Source: a virus. From it: a stretch of 64,000 nt of DNA. A program made the position numbers and the translations under genes. The notes under the pieces were generated by a model, which was not told the origin of the DNA, made no database searches, and saw nothing but the letters and a program-made list of their open reading frames with translations. Shown piece by piece: positions 44,976-54,437 of the stretch. The DNA lies in IMG/VR virus record IMGVR_UViG_3300022744_000001, positions 130,022 to 194,021 of that record. One strand, written 5' to 3'. Within the stretch, counting starts at the first letter, position 1. Every line of letters starts with the position of its first letter.

Positions 44976-45593
44976 ATGGACGTAAAGGTCTGTATTGGGT
45001 GTCGTCACGAGAAGCCTTTAGAGGACTTCACTAAACACCCTCGCATGAAAAGTGGGCGGCAAAGCCGGTGTCGAGAGTGCACTCGCAATGGGCGAAGGGA
45101 TAAAGCAAACAACAATCGAGGGAAGGGTCTATGCTTTTGTGGTGAGAAGCCAGCCCCCAACTCGAAACTGTGTTTGTTTCATCAGGACAAAGCGAGCCAC
45201 TACCACCGCAATTACATGAAGGATCCAGTAAAGAAGTCGGCGCTTCAGAAGCGGAACCGAGAGTTGCAACAACAGCTCAAGCTGGAAACTTTCGACGCCT
45301 ATGGGGGCCGAAGTTGTAGCTGTTGTGGCGAGCACCGAATCGAGTTCCTATCCATAGACCACATTCAAGGTTCGCCCAGACGAGGGTCTAGGCTTGGAGT
45401 GAAAAATGGAGAAGGGCAGTTCAAAGCACCTCCTAGACAAGCCACCAATCGAACTGGTGGTGGCTTGTACCGTTGGCTGAAAAAGAACAGCTACCCGAAA
45501 GGGTTTCGAGTGCTTTGCATGAACTGCAACTTCGCACACGGGCATGCTGGCTATTGCCCTCACGAACTGGAACGACAGGCCGTCTCAGCCTAG
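44976..45593 (+). CDS. HNH endonuclease with N-terminal Zn-finger
   Basis: CSCCGEHRIEFLSIDHIQG...LCMNCNFAHGH is an HNH motif. Confidence 0.7.
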   Translation: MDVKVCIGCRHEKPLEDFTKHPRMKSGRQSRCRECTRNGRRDKANNNRGKGLCFCGEKPAPNSKLCLFHQDKASHYHRNYMKDPVKKSALQKRNRELQQQLKLETFDAYGGRSCSCCGEHRIEFLSIDHIQGSPRRGSRLGVKNGEGQFKAPPRQATNRTGGGLYRWLKKNSYPKGFRVLCMNCNFAHGHAGYCPHELERQAVSA

Positions 45594-45610
45594 TCGGTGT
45601 TATCTACACC

Positions 45611-45874
45611 ATGAAAACGATGCTTGCTGCCCTCGGGGTTCTTCTCGCCACGCAAACCAGAGAGGGGTGTGACCCCCCGAAACAGCGCCCGTTGGAACCG
45701 GGGGAGCACGCCACCTTCATCAGCGAACTCACCTACGTGAAGGACGATCGCGTGGGAATCTGCTACGCGGTGAAAGCTTCGCGTACGCATAACGGCTACA
45801 TGGTTCAAGCTTTTACAGCGGTCCCGTGTGACAAGGTTGAGATACTGACCAACCAGAAAATCCGATGCCAATGA
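45611..45874 (+). CDS. small secreted protein
   Basis: MKTMLAALGVLLATQ signal peptide. Confidence 0.5.
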   Translation: MKTMLAALGVLLATQTREGCDPPKQRPLEPGEHATFISELTYVKDDRVGICYAVKASRTHNGYMVQAFTAVPCDKVEILTNQKIRCQ

Positions 45875-46476
45875 CCGACCTAACACGTAACAGAATCAGC
45901 AAATTCCTCAGCTATGTGCTCCGCCACCATCCGGAGGCTGTCGGGCTCCAACTCGACGAGAACGGCTGGGTGAGCCTCAACCTGCTCGTTGATGCGTGCA
46001 ACGCCAAGGGGCAGGAGATGACTCGAGGTCAGGTCATCGACGTCGTGAACACGAGCGAGAAGAAACGGTTCGCGCTCAGCGAGGATGGGCAGCGCATCCG
46101 GGCAAGCCAGGGGCACTCGGTCGAAGTGGATTTGGCCTACGAGGAGAAGGCACCCCCGATGGTGCTCTACCACGGGACCGTGGCCAAGTTCCTGCAACCA
46201 ATCCAGGCCGAGGGGCTCAAGAAGATGGCGCGTCACCACGTGCATCTATCTGAGGATGTCGAGACTGCTGAACGAGTAGGGATGCGTCGCGGCCGTCCCG
46301 TCGTCCTTCGCGTCGATGCGGATGAGATGGCCGCAGCCGGGCACCGATTCTACCAGTCCGCCAACGGCGTATGGCTCACCGAGCACGTTCCGGCGAAGTA
46401 CATCGGGTTCCCCGATGGAGCGACCTGGGTTTACCTTCACGAGATCCGCAATGACGAACAAACCGCTCACGGTTGA
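45865..46476 (+). CDS. kptA: RNA 2'-phosphotransferase Tpt1/KptA
   Basis: SKFLSYVLRHHPE, RASQGHS, LYHGT and RHHVHLS...GVWLT match the Tpt1 family motifs across the full length. Confidence 0.85.
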   Translation: MPMTDLTRNRISKFLSYVLRHHPEAVGLQLDENGWVSLNLLVDACNAKGQEMTRGQVIDVVNTSEKKRFALSEDGQRIRASQGHSVEVDLAYEEKAPPMVLYHGTVAKFLQPIQAEGLKKMARHHVHLSEDVETAERVGMRRGRPVVLRVDADEMAAAGHRFYQSANGVWLTEHVPAKYIGFPDGATWVYLHEIRNDEQTAHG

Positions 46477-46699
46477 GAAGCTCCTCAACGGCGTCATCAT
46501 CGACACCCTTGGGGGTCCCGGCGGCGGGCCCGACGCCTGCAACTGCCATGCAGCGGCCAAAGCCTTCATTGCGCTCAAGCTGCTGAACCTGCCCATCGAG
46601 GATGAAGAGGCGATGCGGCACGGGTTGCGTGAGGACAACCTGTACAACATGGACTTCCTTGAAGCCGAGGGGTGGCCGCGCGACAAAGATTCGGTGTAA
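46451..46699 (+). CDS. hypothetical protein
   Basis: 82 aa; its stop TAA lies inside the next GGTGTAATCG motif. Confidence 0.45.
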   Translation: MTNKPLTVEKLLNGVIIDTLGGPGGGPDACNCHAAAKAFIALKLLNLPIEDEEAMRHGLREDNLYNMDFLEAEGWPRDKDSV

Positions 46700-46709
46700 T
46701 CGAGGCATG
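46687..46709 (+). promoter_or_regulatory. start-proximal promoter-like motif (class 1), pointing antisense into the phosphatase gene
   Basis: TTCGGTGTAATCGAGGCATG; the downstream ORF largely overlaps the minus-strand phosphatase CDS. Confidence 0.4.
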
Positions 46710-46791
46710 CACATCTGCGGGGACGAAATCAACGCAGCAGTCGCGTGTGTGACCTCAGCCCCTCACGCGATCCCTGCTTTCATCGGATGGG

Positions 46792-47667
46792 TTAGGGGCG
46801 TGCTTGTCGGTTTCCGTGTACGCGACCGATCGCCTGCTGAAACCCCAAGGTGCTCGGGATGTACGTCGGAACCGGGCAATACTCCTTCCGCGCTCGGACC
46901 TGAAAAATCTCCTTCGTGTTGAGACACAGGGCGGTCAAGTGGCCGCCGTGCACCGCTCCCGTGTCGATGCCCCAGCACTCGACTCCCGTGGCTTCGTTGA
47001 CGTGCCAGAGCGGTTGGGTGAGGTTGAACGCCTCGTGTCCGAACACGACGTTGCTGGGCCCGTCCCATTTGCGTGTCCAGTGGTAGGCTTCGGGCTTGGG
47101 CGGATAGCCGAGTAGCTCGGGCTTGGCGTAATCGACGGGCACGAACTTCTTCTCGTCCGTGACCCACATCAGCCGCATGACGTCGTTCAAGTCTTGCTGC
47201 TCGAGCGCAACCCCGGGCATGAGGCCGCCATGGACCAGGGTCCAATGCGTGTGCTGGGTGAAAGACGTCCAGTGCCTCCCCTCCCCTTGGGTCACGAAGT
47301 TCCCCGGCCACAGCTGCACCATGTGCGGGAGCGCCTTGAGCCACTCCAGGTCTTCCTGGCTCAGCTTCGCATTGGCCGCGGCGTCCGCGGGCTTCAGCGG
47401 TCGCATGTTGTTGGGCCGACCCGTGGTGAGCTTCAGAAGCTCGTTCTTCCGCCATCGGATGTGGATCTCGTCGTGGTTGCCCTTCACGGCTTTGAAGCCG
47501 CTCTCGCGGATGAACCGAACGACCTCAGCCCCATAAGGCCCCTTGTCAAGGAAGTCCCCCACGAAATAGACCGTGTCCCCTTGGCCAGGACCGATCTTAT
47601 CGAGCAAGTCACGTAGCTCGTAGTAGCAGCCGTGAACGTCACCAATGCAGTAAATTTTGGAGTCCAT
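46792..47667 (-). CDS. Ser/Thr phosphatase-type metallophosphoesterase (PP-lambda/ApaH-like)
   Basis: GDVHGC, GDFLDKGP and GNHD motifs. Confidence 0.85.
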   Translation of the reverse strand: MDSKIYCIGDVHGCYYELRDLLDKIGPGQGDTVYFVGDFLDKGPYGAEVVRFIRESGFKAVKGNHDEIHIRWRKNELLKLTTGRPNNMRPLKPADAAANAKLSQEDLEWLKALPHMVQLWPGNFVTQGEGRHWTSFTQHTHWTLVHGGLMPGVALEQQDLNDVMRLMWVTDEKKFVPVDYAKPELLGYPPKPEAYHWTRKWDGPSNVVFGHEAFNLTQPLWHVNEATGVECWGIDTGAVHGGHLTALCLNTKEIFQVRARKEYCPVPTYIPSTLGFQQAIGRVHGNRQARP

Positions 47668-47683
47668 CTCGAGGGATACACCG

Positions 47684-47983
47684 CTAGTCGCACACGGCTT
47701 CGACTTCAGAAATCGTCAACGACACAGGGTCGCCATCTTTGACATCCATCTCGAGCACGGGGTCGTTGTCCAAAACCCCATGCAGAGTTTCACCCTCGAC
47801 CCGACCAATCTTGACCCACATATGCTCAATGCGGGTCTCTTGGGTTCGCGGGTCCCGCCCCTCGAAAGCTTTCTTGACAAACTTTCCGACCAACGTCGAA
47901 GGGTTAACCCCTGTAAACTTCCCACTCTTTGGGGCATGATCGGGGCATACTAAACCGATATTCGCTATGCTTTCTCGTGCCAT
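47684..47983 (-). CDS. hypothetical protein
   Basis: Internal start MARESIANIG. Confidence 0.5.
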   Translation of the reverse strand: MARESIANIGLVCPDHAPKSGKFTGVNPSTLVGKFVKKAFEGRDPRTQETRIEHMWVKIGRVEGETLHGVLDNDPVLEMDVKDGDPVSLTISEVEAVCD

Positions 47984-48036
47984 TTGGTGTAGAGGATACG
48001 CGCGTAGTAGCAAAGTCAAGCTGAAAGACAGAAGCC

Positions 48037-48255
48037 ATGGACACACAAAACGGCCCCTCCCCGGACCGAGTTGAACGACGCCCTGACGGGTGGTGGGCGA
48101 TCTGCGCAAACCTTGAACCCCCGCTTCAGAAGGACGGTTGGGCGCCGTTGCAGGAGCTTGGGCCGTTCCGCTCCATCGAGGCTGCGTCGGCCATGGTCAG
48201 TTCCATGCGAAATCTGAAAAGGTTCCTGTACCCACAGCTGTCCCGGGCGGTGTAA
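48037..48255 (+). CDS. small hypothetical protein
   Basis: 72 aa. Confidence 0.35.
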   Translation: MDTQNGPSPDRVERRPDGWWAICANLEPPLQKDGWAPLQELGPFRSIEAASAMVSSMRNLKRFLYPQLSRAV

Positions 48256-48262
48256 TCGTGGG

Positions 48263-48763
48263 ATGGAACAAGTTGAGATCCGGAATGGTTACGCGTTGTT
48301 CTGGGGGCAGTGGCCGTCCAACTGGATGATCTCCCCCATGGTCATCGACGGGGTGACTTACAACTGTGTCGAGCAGTACATGATGGCGGAGAAAGCACGC
48401 CTCTTCAAAGACACAGAAACCCTCGCGAAAATCCTGGAGACTCAGCACCCGGCCGACCAGAAGATTCTCGGGCGGGAGGTGCGCGGGTACGACGATGCTA
48501 AGTGGGCAGCCGTGCGCTACGGGGTGGTTTTGCGCGCGAGCATCGAGAAGTACCGCCAAAACTACGAGTTGAAGCGTCTCCTCTTTGCTACGGGAGATGC
48601 CATCTTCGTGGAGGCCAGCCCGAAGGACCAGATTTGGGGCATCGGAATGGCGCGTAGCCATCCTGACGCAACCAACCCGGCTAAGTGGCGCGGGGAGAAC
48701 CTCCTCGGAAAGGCCATCACCGAGGCGCGCAAGATCCTGAGAGACCTGGAGGGCTCGGTGTAA
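48263..48763 (+). CDS. NADAR (YbiA/DUF1768) domain protein
   Basis: FWGQWPSNW...YNCVEQYMMAEKA...ATGDAIFVEASPKDQIWGIG matches the NADAR signature. Confidence 0.8.
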   Translation: MEQVEIRNGYALFWGQWPSNWMISPMVIDGVTYNCVEQYMMAEKARLFKDTETLAKILETQHPADQKILGREVRGYDDAKWAAVRYGVVLRASIEKYRQNYELKRLLFATGDAIFVEASPKDQIWGIGMARSHPDATNPAKWRGENLLGKAITEARKILRDLEGSV

Positions 48764-48771
48764 CTATCCGA

Positions 48772-49428
48772 GTGGTAAGGAGAAAAGCCGTCAGCGAGGT
48801 AGAGCTAGCCAAACCCGTGGTGGCCTACTTCGAATCGAACTCCTGGGAGGTTTACCAGGAGGTCAGCCACCATGGCGGCGTTGCGGATATTGTGGTGACT
48901 CGAGGCCCCGTTGTAGGGGTCGTGGAGGCCAAGAACACCCTCTCCTTGCACCTCATCGGGCAAGCTCGTCGCTGGGTCAAGTTCGCCAACCTCGTCTGGG
49001 TGGCGGTCCCCGAGGCGCGAGAGCGCTCCCACCAGAGCTTGGATGCCGCGAAGTGGGTCTGTGAGACCCTGGGCCTGGGCCTCATCACGCTCAACCGCTA
49101 CGGCGTTCGGGAGCAGGTGCGCCCGCCCTTCCTCCGCAAGGTCATCCCGGGCCTCAAAGAAGCTCTCCTGCCCCAGCACAAGCAAGCTGTGGCGGGCTCG
49201 CCCGCGGGCACCGTCTGGACGCCCTACAAGCACACGTGCCAGGAACTCCTGCAACACGTGAGGGGCAACCCCGGCGTGACGCTCAAGGCCGCCCTGAAAG
49301 CCATCAAGCACCACTACCGCAAAGACACGACCGCCCGAACCTGCATGGCCCGGAACATCGACGAAGGGATCGTGCCAGGCGTTTCCCTTCGTCGGGAAAA
49401 CGGCGAGCTTAAGTTGTATCCGGCATGA
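48772..49428 (+). CDS. PD-(D/E)xK nuclease-like protein with C-terminal helical domain
   Basis: GVADIVV...VVGVVEAK fits a D...ExK core (Hjc/NucS-like); GTG start. Confidence 0.5.
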   Translation: MVRRKAVSEVELAKPVVAYFESNSWEVYQEVSHHGGVADIVVTRGPVVGVVEAKNTLSLHLIGQARRWVKFANLVWVAVPEARERSHQSLDAAKWVCETLGLGLITLNRYGVREQVRPPFLRKVIPGLKEALLPQHKQAVAGSPAGTVWTPYKHTCQELLQHVRGNPGVTLKAALKAIKHHYRKDTTARTCMARNIDEGIVPGVSLRRENGELKLYPA

Positions 49429-49435
49429 TTTTTCT

Positions 49436-49738
49436 ATGCCAACGAAGGCCCACTGGTGTAAAGGGCTACGCCCACAGAAGGGGGACTCAATGGGATGGAA
49501 AGTTGAGCGGCACGGCGGCAAGCAGAACGACAGGTGGATCGCGGTCTACGACGGCGACGAAGAGGCCCAGGCCCGCACGATTTACGAGCAGAAGAGGCGA
49601 GAGCTTCGACAGGGTGGTGTCCGACTCTCCGAGAATGACGAGGTCAAGGAGAAGTTCGAGAAGCCTCGGCTGAACCGCGTCCCGATGCGAAACCCCAAGG
49701 CCGCCGCCGCGGCTGCTGCTGCGCGTCACAACCGATAG
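49436..49738 (+). CDS. hypothetical protein
   Basis: Poly-Ala C-terminus. Confidence 0.4.
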   Translation: MPTKAHWCKGLRPQKGDSMGWKVERHGGKQNDRWIAVYDGDEEAQARTIYEQKRRELRQGGVRLSENDEVKEKFEKPRLNRVPMRNPKAAAAAAAARHNR

Positions 49739-49747
49739 GAGCCTCCC

Positions 49748-50638
49748 ATGTGTTGCACTCTTGGGCCAGCAAAGCTGTCCGACACGATTGTCTACGCCTA
49801 CAAGATGCCCGACGGGCGTCATGTGCTCGGCTACCAGAACAAAGCCACCAGTGGCTTTGACGACGAGGGCGACAGCTTCTATGGCACTTGGCCACGCAGA
49901 GGGGCCCTGAACCCCTGGGGTGGTAAAACCCAACCCCCGCAGAGCTGGAACGCTATGGTGCTGCCCATCCCTGCAAAGGGAGAGATGACCGCGGCGAATG
50001 CAGTAGACCTCACTGCGGACAAGACCGTCCTCCGGGACTACGCCGAGCTAGTCAAAGCTCACGATCACATGAAGAGCAGGAGTCGGGGTTTCGGGGATGA
50101 CCTCATCGGCGCCGCGGCCGTGAACTCAGTGCAGGTGTTCAAGACGGGCTCATACGAGGTCGTCATGGCTCGCCAACCCAAGCTCATCCCTGACGTAGTG
50201 AAGGAGCTTCACCCAGAGGTCTCCGTGAGTAAGGACCTCATGGAGGTGTACGCGCGGTACTACCTCGGCTGGAACGTGGCCGTGTGCTTCTGGCAAGGGA
50301 CGCTCGAGCCTGAGCCCATCATGTTCACGTACGAGCCGAAATACCCAACCCACCTGTTCATCCCTACGCTCGACGCCCATGATGGTGGGGCCCCGAAGTC
50401 CCATGCATCCCTCGACCACACGATCGTGTTGGGTACGACGGGCACCACGGGGCATGGGCTTCGTCGCCAAGTTTCCCCAGTCAACCGACCCTACCTCGCC
50501 TCTCGAGTGAAGGGCTTTGAGGCTCACCAGACGACGCTGAATGGCGACTACTGGTTCCCGCTCGCCTACGAGGACATCGAATCCGAATGGGTTCAGCACG
50601 CTATGGTTCGACTCCCAGCAGGAGTGAAACCCGCGTGA
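49748..50638 (+). CDS. hypothetical protein
   Basis: 296 aa. Confidence 0.65.
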   Translation: MCCTLGPAKLSDTIVYAYKMPDGRHVLGYQNKATSGFDDEGDSFYGTWPRRGALNPWGGKTQPPQSWNAMVLPIPAKGEMTAANAVDLTADKTVLRDYAELVKAHDHMKSRSRGFGDDLIGAAAVNSVQVFKTGSYEVVMARQPKLIPDVVKELHPEVSVSKDLMEVYARYYLGWNVAVCFWQGTLEPEPIMFTYEPKYPTHLFIPTLDAHDGGAPKSHASLDHTIVLGTTGTTGHGLRRQVSPVNRPYLASRVKGFEAHQTTLNGDYWFPLAYEDIESEWVQHAMVRLPAGVKPA

Positions 50639-50775
50639 GCCCCCGCGTCAACCTCATCTGGCTGATCACCACAGTGGTTGTGCTGTTGGGGCTCCGATGG
50701 TGGGGAGCCATCGTCTGCTTGGTCGTTGGCGTCTTCATCGGCTACTACTGGCCCCGTAAAGGGCGCCGCCGGTGA
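50635..50775 (+). CDS. small membrane protein
   Basis: GTG start; two TM helices. Confidence 0.3.
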   Translation: MSPRVNLIWLITTVVVLLGLRWWGAIVCLVVGVFIGYYWPRKGRRR

Positions 50776-51417
50776 CTACTTGGCTTCTTCGGCCGTCGTG
50801 TTGATGACCGAGGGCAAGCTCTTGCCAAGAGCTGCCAGTTTCATCAGGACGGGGCGAAGAGCTGCCAACTTCTCGCTGGCCACCTCTTGGGTCGAGGCCG
50901 TCATGACGAGGCCGCAAACCTTCGAGACGTTCTCCTTCTCGGGCAGGTTGGTGACCTCGGCCAGGTAGGCGAGCAACGTGGCCCCCGCTGCCTTACCAAG
51001 CGAACGACCCAGATCGTCTTTCAGCAACGGTTGCAGCTGAGGGAACATGGCTCCGATGGCCTCGAGCGAAAGCTCTCCAGCTTCGTTGGCCAGGGCCAGA
51101 TGAGCACCGGTCTTCACGGAATCGAGAAGCTTGCTCATCGGGTTTGGAGTCGTTGCGGTTGCTGCTGCTTTTTCGGCCACTGGGGTCTCCTTTTTCGGTT
51201 CGTAGGCGTAAAGGACCTTGAAGGTCTGTTCATCGAGAACGAAGTAGTTGTTGTCGTTGTGGTGCGTGATGATCCCTGCGGGAAGCTCTTGGCCACAAGC
51301 CCACTGCATGTAGGCTCGGAGGATTCCGTTACGGGAGTCCATCCCCGTGGGAGGTATGAGTTTGTTTTTCGCTAGCAAGTCACGGATCTCGGAAACCAAT
51401 CTGGTGGTTTGCCCCAT
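50776..51417 (-). CDS. hypothetical protein
   Basis: 213 aa. Confidence 0.65.
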   Translation of the reverse strand: MGQTTRLVSEIRDLLAKNKLIPPTGMDSRNGILRAYMQWACGQELPAGIITHHNDNNYFVLDEQTFKVLYAYEPKKETPVAEKAAATATTPNPMSKLLDSVKTGAHLALANEAGELSLEAIGAMFPQLQPLLKDDLGRSLGKAAGATLLAYLAEVTNLPEKENVSKVCGLVMTASTQEVASEKLAALRPVLMKLAALGKSLPSVINTTAEEAK

Positions 51418-51474
51418 TTTCTAAACTCCCGTTGGGCTGTCTACACCAAACCGAACGTTTTGCCACAAGGAAAC

Positions 51475-51497
51475 GATTCGGTGTAATCGAGGGCATG
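51475..51497 (+). promoter_or_regulatory. start-proximal promoter-like motif (class 1)
   Basis: TTCGGTGTAATCGAGGGCATG. Confidence 0.45.
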
Positions 51498-51797
51498 ACC
51501 GTCCAAGTGTTCACTCGTGGTAAAAAAGAACCCGACTTTGAAATCGAGGAGTTCAAGGGCATCTGCCCGTTCTGCATTCAGGAGGGGCAGACGAGCCGAC
51601 TCTATGAGGGTGGTTGCTCTTCAACGATGATGTACTGCAAGCCCTTCTACGATGAGCAAGGGGTTCGACATCACCATGACTCGAACACCAAGAGTTATGG
51701 GTTCAACTGCTCAAACGGGCATCGATTCGGACTTGACCGCAAAGGCTCCTGTCAATGCGGGTGGACCGGGGGCCTGGCGAAGATCACGCTCTACTGA
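51495..51797 (+). CDS. Cys-rich Zn-binding protein
   Basis: TTCGGTGTAATCGAGGGCATG motif at the start; CPFC...CQCG. Confidence 0.55.
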   Translation: MTVQVFTRGKKEPDFEIEEFKGICPFCIQEGQTSRLYEGGCSSTMMYCKPFYDEQGVRHHHDSNTKSYGFNCSNGHRFGLDRKGSCQCGWTGGLAKITLY

Positions 51798-51820
51798 GCT
51801 TGAGGTGGTGTAGTGGGGGC

Positions 51821-52351
51821 ATGCTCATCACCGCAGACCAGCTCATTGCTCATGCTGTTGGCGACTACATCCTCCAATCGGACTGGATGGCCAACACCAA
51901 AACCCAGAAATCCAGCGCGGCCCTCGCGCATGTCCTGACCTACTTCCTCCCCTTCCTGTTCCTCACGACCTCGTGGAAGGCATTGGCGGTCATCATCGGG
52001 ACGCACTTCGTGATCGACCGTTGGCGCTTGGCTCGCTACGTTTGCTGGGCCAAAAACTTCTTGGCACCCAAGTGGATCGTTCCGATTGTCCCGCTTGCCC
52101 AGCCTTTGTCTGGGGGCTCCATCAAGCTCAACGCAGGTCGAGCCGGGGTGAGCGAGGATGACTCCGAGGACAACGAGCAAACCACCATCGCCAAGGTCTC
52201 CAAGCCGATTCGGAACCACCCGTGGTCTGAGTGCTCCGGCACGGGCTACTACAAGGAGCGGCCCCCATTTCTTGCCGTATGGCTGCTCATCGCAGCCGAC
52301 AACATCATGCACGTGATTATCAACGGGCTCGCGCTCAAGTACCTTGGTTGA
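51821..52351 (+). CDS. DUF3307-like membrane protein
   Basis: HAVGDYILQSDWMA matches the DUF3307 N-terminal motif. Confidence 0.55.
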   Translation: MLITADQLIAHAVGDYILQSDWMANTKTQKSSAALAHVLTYFLPFLFLTTSWKALAVIIGTHFVIDRWRLARYVCWAKNFLAPKWIVPIVPLAQPLSGGSIKLNAGRAGVSEDDSEDNEQTTIAKVSKPIRNHPWSECSGTGYYKERPPFLAVWLLIAADNIMHVIINGLALKYLG

Positions 52352-52359
52352 GGTCTCCC

Positions 52360-52887
52360 ATGTTCAGCTTCAGCGTCGATAAGAACAGCACGGTCACGAT
52401 CAAAATCGAACTCGGGCGTTTGAACCTACTCAAGAAGGAGAAGGCATACGTCAACTGGGCCCCTCCGTGGACCAACTTTTTCGAGGGGGTTCACTTTGGG
52501 GAGAAGCCCTCGACCTATGACCAGCTTTCCATGTGGGCCTATGCTCGAGCGCCCGGGTTCATCCGGATCGCCGGGCTCGAGATGGGTTGGATCGACGCCC
52601 CGGCGGACATCCTCAAGAAGCACCCAGAAGCCCTCGACCTCGGGATTCCTCGCCCCTCGCGCGCTACGCCGGTGAAGAGGGTGGAGATCGTGGACAACGT
52701 CGAGATCATCCGCATGGTCACGGACCGCGGAGAGGCGGTCTTCCCACGGGACATTTGGTTCAAGCTGGCAAACAAGTTCCGCAGCATGCGGATGGACAAG
52801 CAGGGCTTTACCTGGATTACCCCTGAGCTGAAAGTGCCCAATCCGGTGCTTATGTGCGCTCTTGAGGGTTTCCAGATACACGCATAA
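52360..52887 (+). CDS. hypothetical protein
   Basis: 175 aa. Confidence 0.6.
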   Translation: MFSFSVDKNSTVTIKIELGRLNLLKKEKAYVNWAPPWTNFFEGVHFGEKPSTYDQLSMWAYARAPGFIRIAGLEMGWIDAPADILKKHPEALDLGIPRPSRATPVKRVEIVDNVEIIRMVTDRGEAVFPRDIWFKLANKFRSMRMDKQGFTWITPELKVPNPVLMCALEGFQIHA

Positions 52888-52928
52888 TTCCGCGGGTGTG
52901 CGGGGTCGTTCCGGTGTCCAAATCAGAC

Positions 52929-53417
52929 ATGGGGGCAATGACTGAGGTGGACACCCAAGACGAATATATGTGCTGTATTCCGCTACGCAGCACTCTGAAA
53001 ACCACGGTATGCGCCAAGCGCCACCTGATGGCTCGGAGTGATGGGGATTGCGATGAAGGGGTACGCAGCTCAGCGTGTCGTAACTGCCCCACCGGGGAAC
53101 TCAACGTAAGCCTGGTTCAGGTCACCCGTCCAAAGGGGACTCGGGCCTTCCAGGCTTACCAGAAGATCCCTTTGTCCCCTCGAGAATGCGAAACGTGCGG
53201 CCGTGAGTATCAGCCGACAGGGTCGCGCCAGAGGTCTTGCAAGAAACCGGACTGTCAGCCTGTGGTGCCCGGTCCGTTTGCGCCGGAGACAACCCAGGTT
53301 CGTCCCCGTAAAGCTCCCCGGGAGAACCAAGGCGCAAGGGGCGACGAATCAAGGCGACAAGCTTCCGTGGTCCCTCTGAAAGCTCGAGCAACAGCAAAAC
53401 GAACAAAGACCGCATAG
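52929..53417 (+). CDS. Zn-finger protein
   Basis: Multiple CxxC pairs. Confidence 0.5.
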   Translation: MGAMTEVDTQDEYMCCIPLRSTLKTTVCAKRHLMARSDGDCDEGVRSSACRNCPTGELNVSLVQVTRPKGTRAFQAYQKIPLSPRECETCGREYQPTGSRQRSCKKPDCQPVVPGPFAPETTQVRPRKAPRENQGARGDESRRQASVVPLKARATAKRTKTA

Positions 53418-53470
53418 GTACGTACACCAACATCGAGGCGAGATACTAACAGCTCGGTGTCAGGTAAAGC

Positions 53471-54073
53471 ATGAAAAGCGGAAAAGCAAAGCTAGAAAAG
53501 CTGCGCGTGGACTGGCGAGCGATGATTGTCGAGCTGACCCGCAGTGCCTCCGAAGTCCGGATGACCTTGGAGACCTACGCCCACGTGCAGAGGTCTGGCG
53601 GCTTCAACCGCCACAACTTCCAGCCAACGAGCGAGACCGGGGTTTTCGGGCACATGCTCGAGGGGCGACGCGCGAAGGTTGTGGTTGACCAGAAGCTCGA
53701 CGACAACAACATCGTGATTGTCAAGAAGGGAGTTGGGCGACCCCATACCCTTGGCCAACTCGATGAGCTACAGCGGAGAGGGAACACGATTCGGGCGGTT
53801 CCGGTGTCCGCGAAGGCCAAACCACGGAAGCCAACTCAGATCGATCACGCCACAGATCCAGATCACAACACCGTGATACGGGTTAGGCTTGATTTCGTGG
53901 TGGAAATGAAAGGCGACCAGGTGATCCCCGATGCGTTTGGGCCCCAAGTGCGCCAATTTATCTTCCATGGCCTTCAGGGAACCAAAGTCCGTGCACACAA
54001 AGTCCTCCCCGGGACCAAGGCGAGTTGTACGGTAGTTAACATGCAACGCCTCCTCAAAGCGAAAAGAGCCTGA
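53471..54073 (+). CDS. hypothetical protein
   Basis: CTCGGTGTCAGGTAAAGCATG motif at the start. Confidence 0.6.
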   Translation: MKSGKAKLEKLRVDWRAMIVELTRSASEVRMTLETYAHVQRSGGFNRHNFQPTSETGVFGHMLEGRRAKVVVDQKLDDNNIVIVKKGVGRPHTLGQLDELQRRGNTIRAVPVSAKAKPRKPTQIDHATDPDHNTVIRVRLDFVVEMKGDQVIPDAFGPQVRQFIFHGLQGTKVRAHKVLPGTKASCTVVNMQRLLKAKRA

Positions 54074-54233
54074 CATCTTCGCCGTCCTGGTGTAAGAGGA
54101 GGTACGGCGTTCGCTCCCGAACCGCTTTGGCTACTGTGCGTTGGGTATTGACTTGAGTTGGGGAACGTCCAAGTCTATCCCGCAGGCCGAAAAGCATGGG
54201 GGCGAACGCCTACTTACGAGCTGGGGGCGGAAA

Positions 54234-54437
54234 ATGGCGACAATTCGAGTGGGGTTGGAACACCGTGGGGACGGTGTTTACCTCATCCTGAGACCAGCGG
54301 GGGAACTCCGGGAGCGTGGGTGGCGCCCTCTCGAGCGAGGCCCCTACAAGGACGAGGAAGCGGCTCGAGCTGATGAGGCTAGGGTGTTGGGGGCGATGGA
54401 GTCCGACTACACCATGACCCGACGGCGTGCCTTCTAG
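54234..54437 (+). CDS. small hypothetical protein
   Basis: Possible TTGACT-N17-AAGTCT sigma-70-like promoter upstream. Confidence 0.4.
   Translation: MATIRVGLEHRGDGVYLILRPAGELRERGWRPLERGPYKDEEAARADEARVLGAMESDYTMTRRRAF

Noticed and set aside
54097-54122. GTTCG-ctcc-CGAAC hairpin after the stop at 54073
   Set aside because: Only a 5-bp stem with a weak T-tract; not convincing as a terminator.
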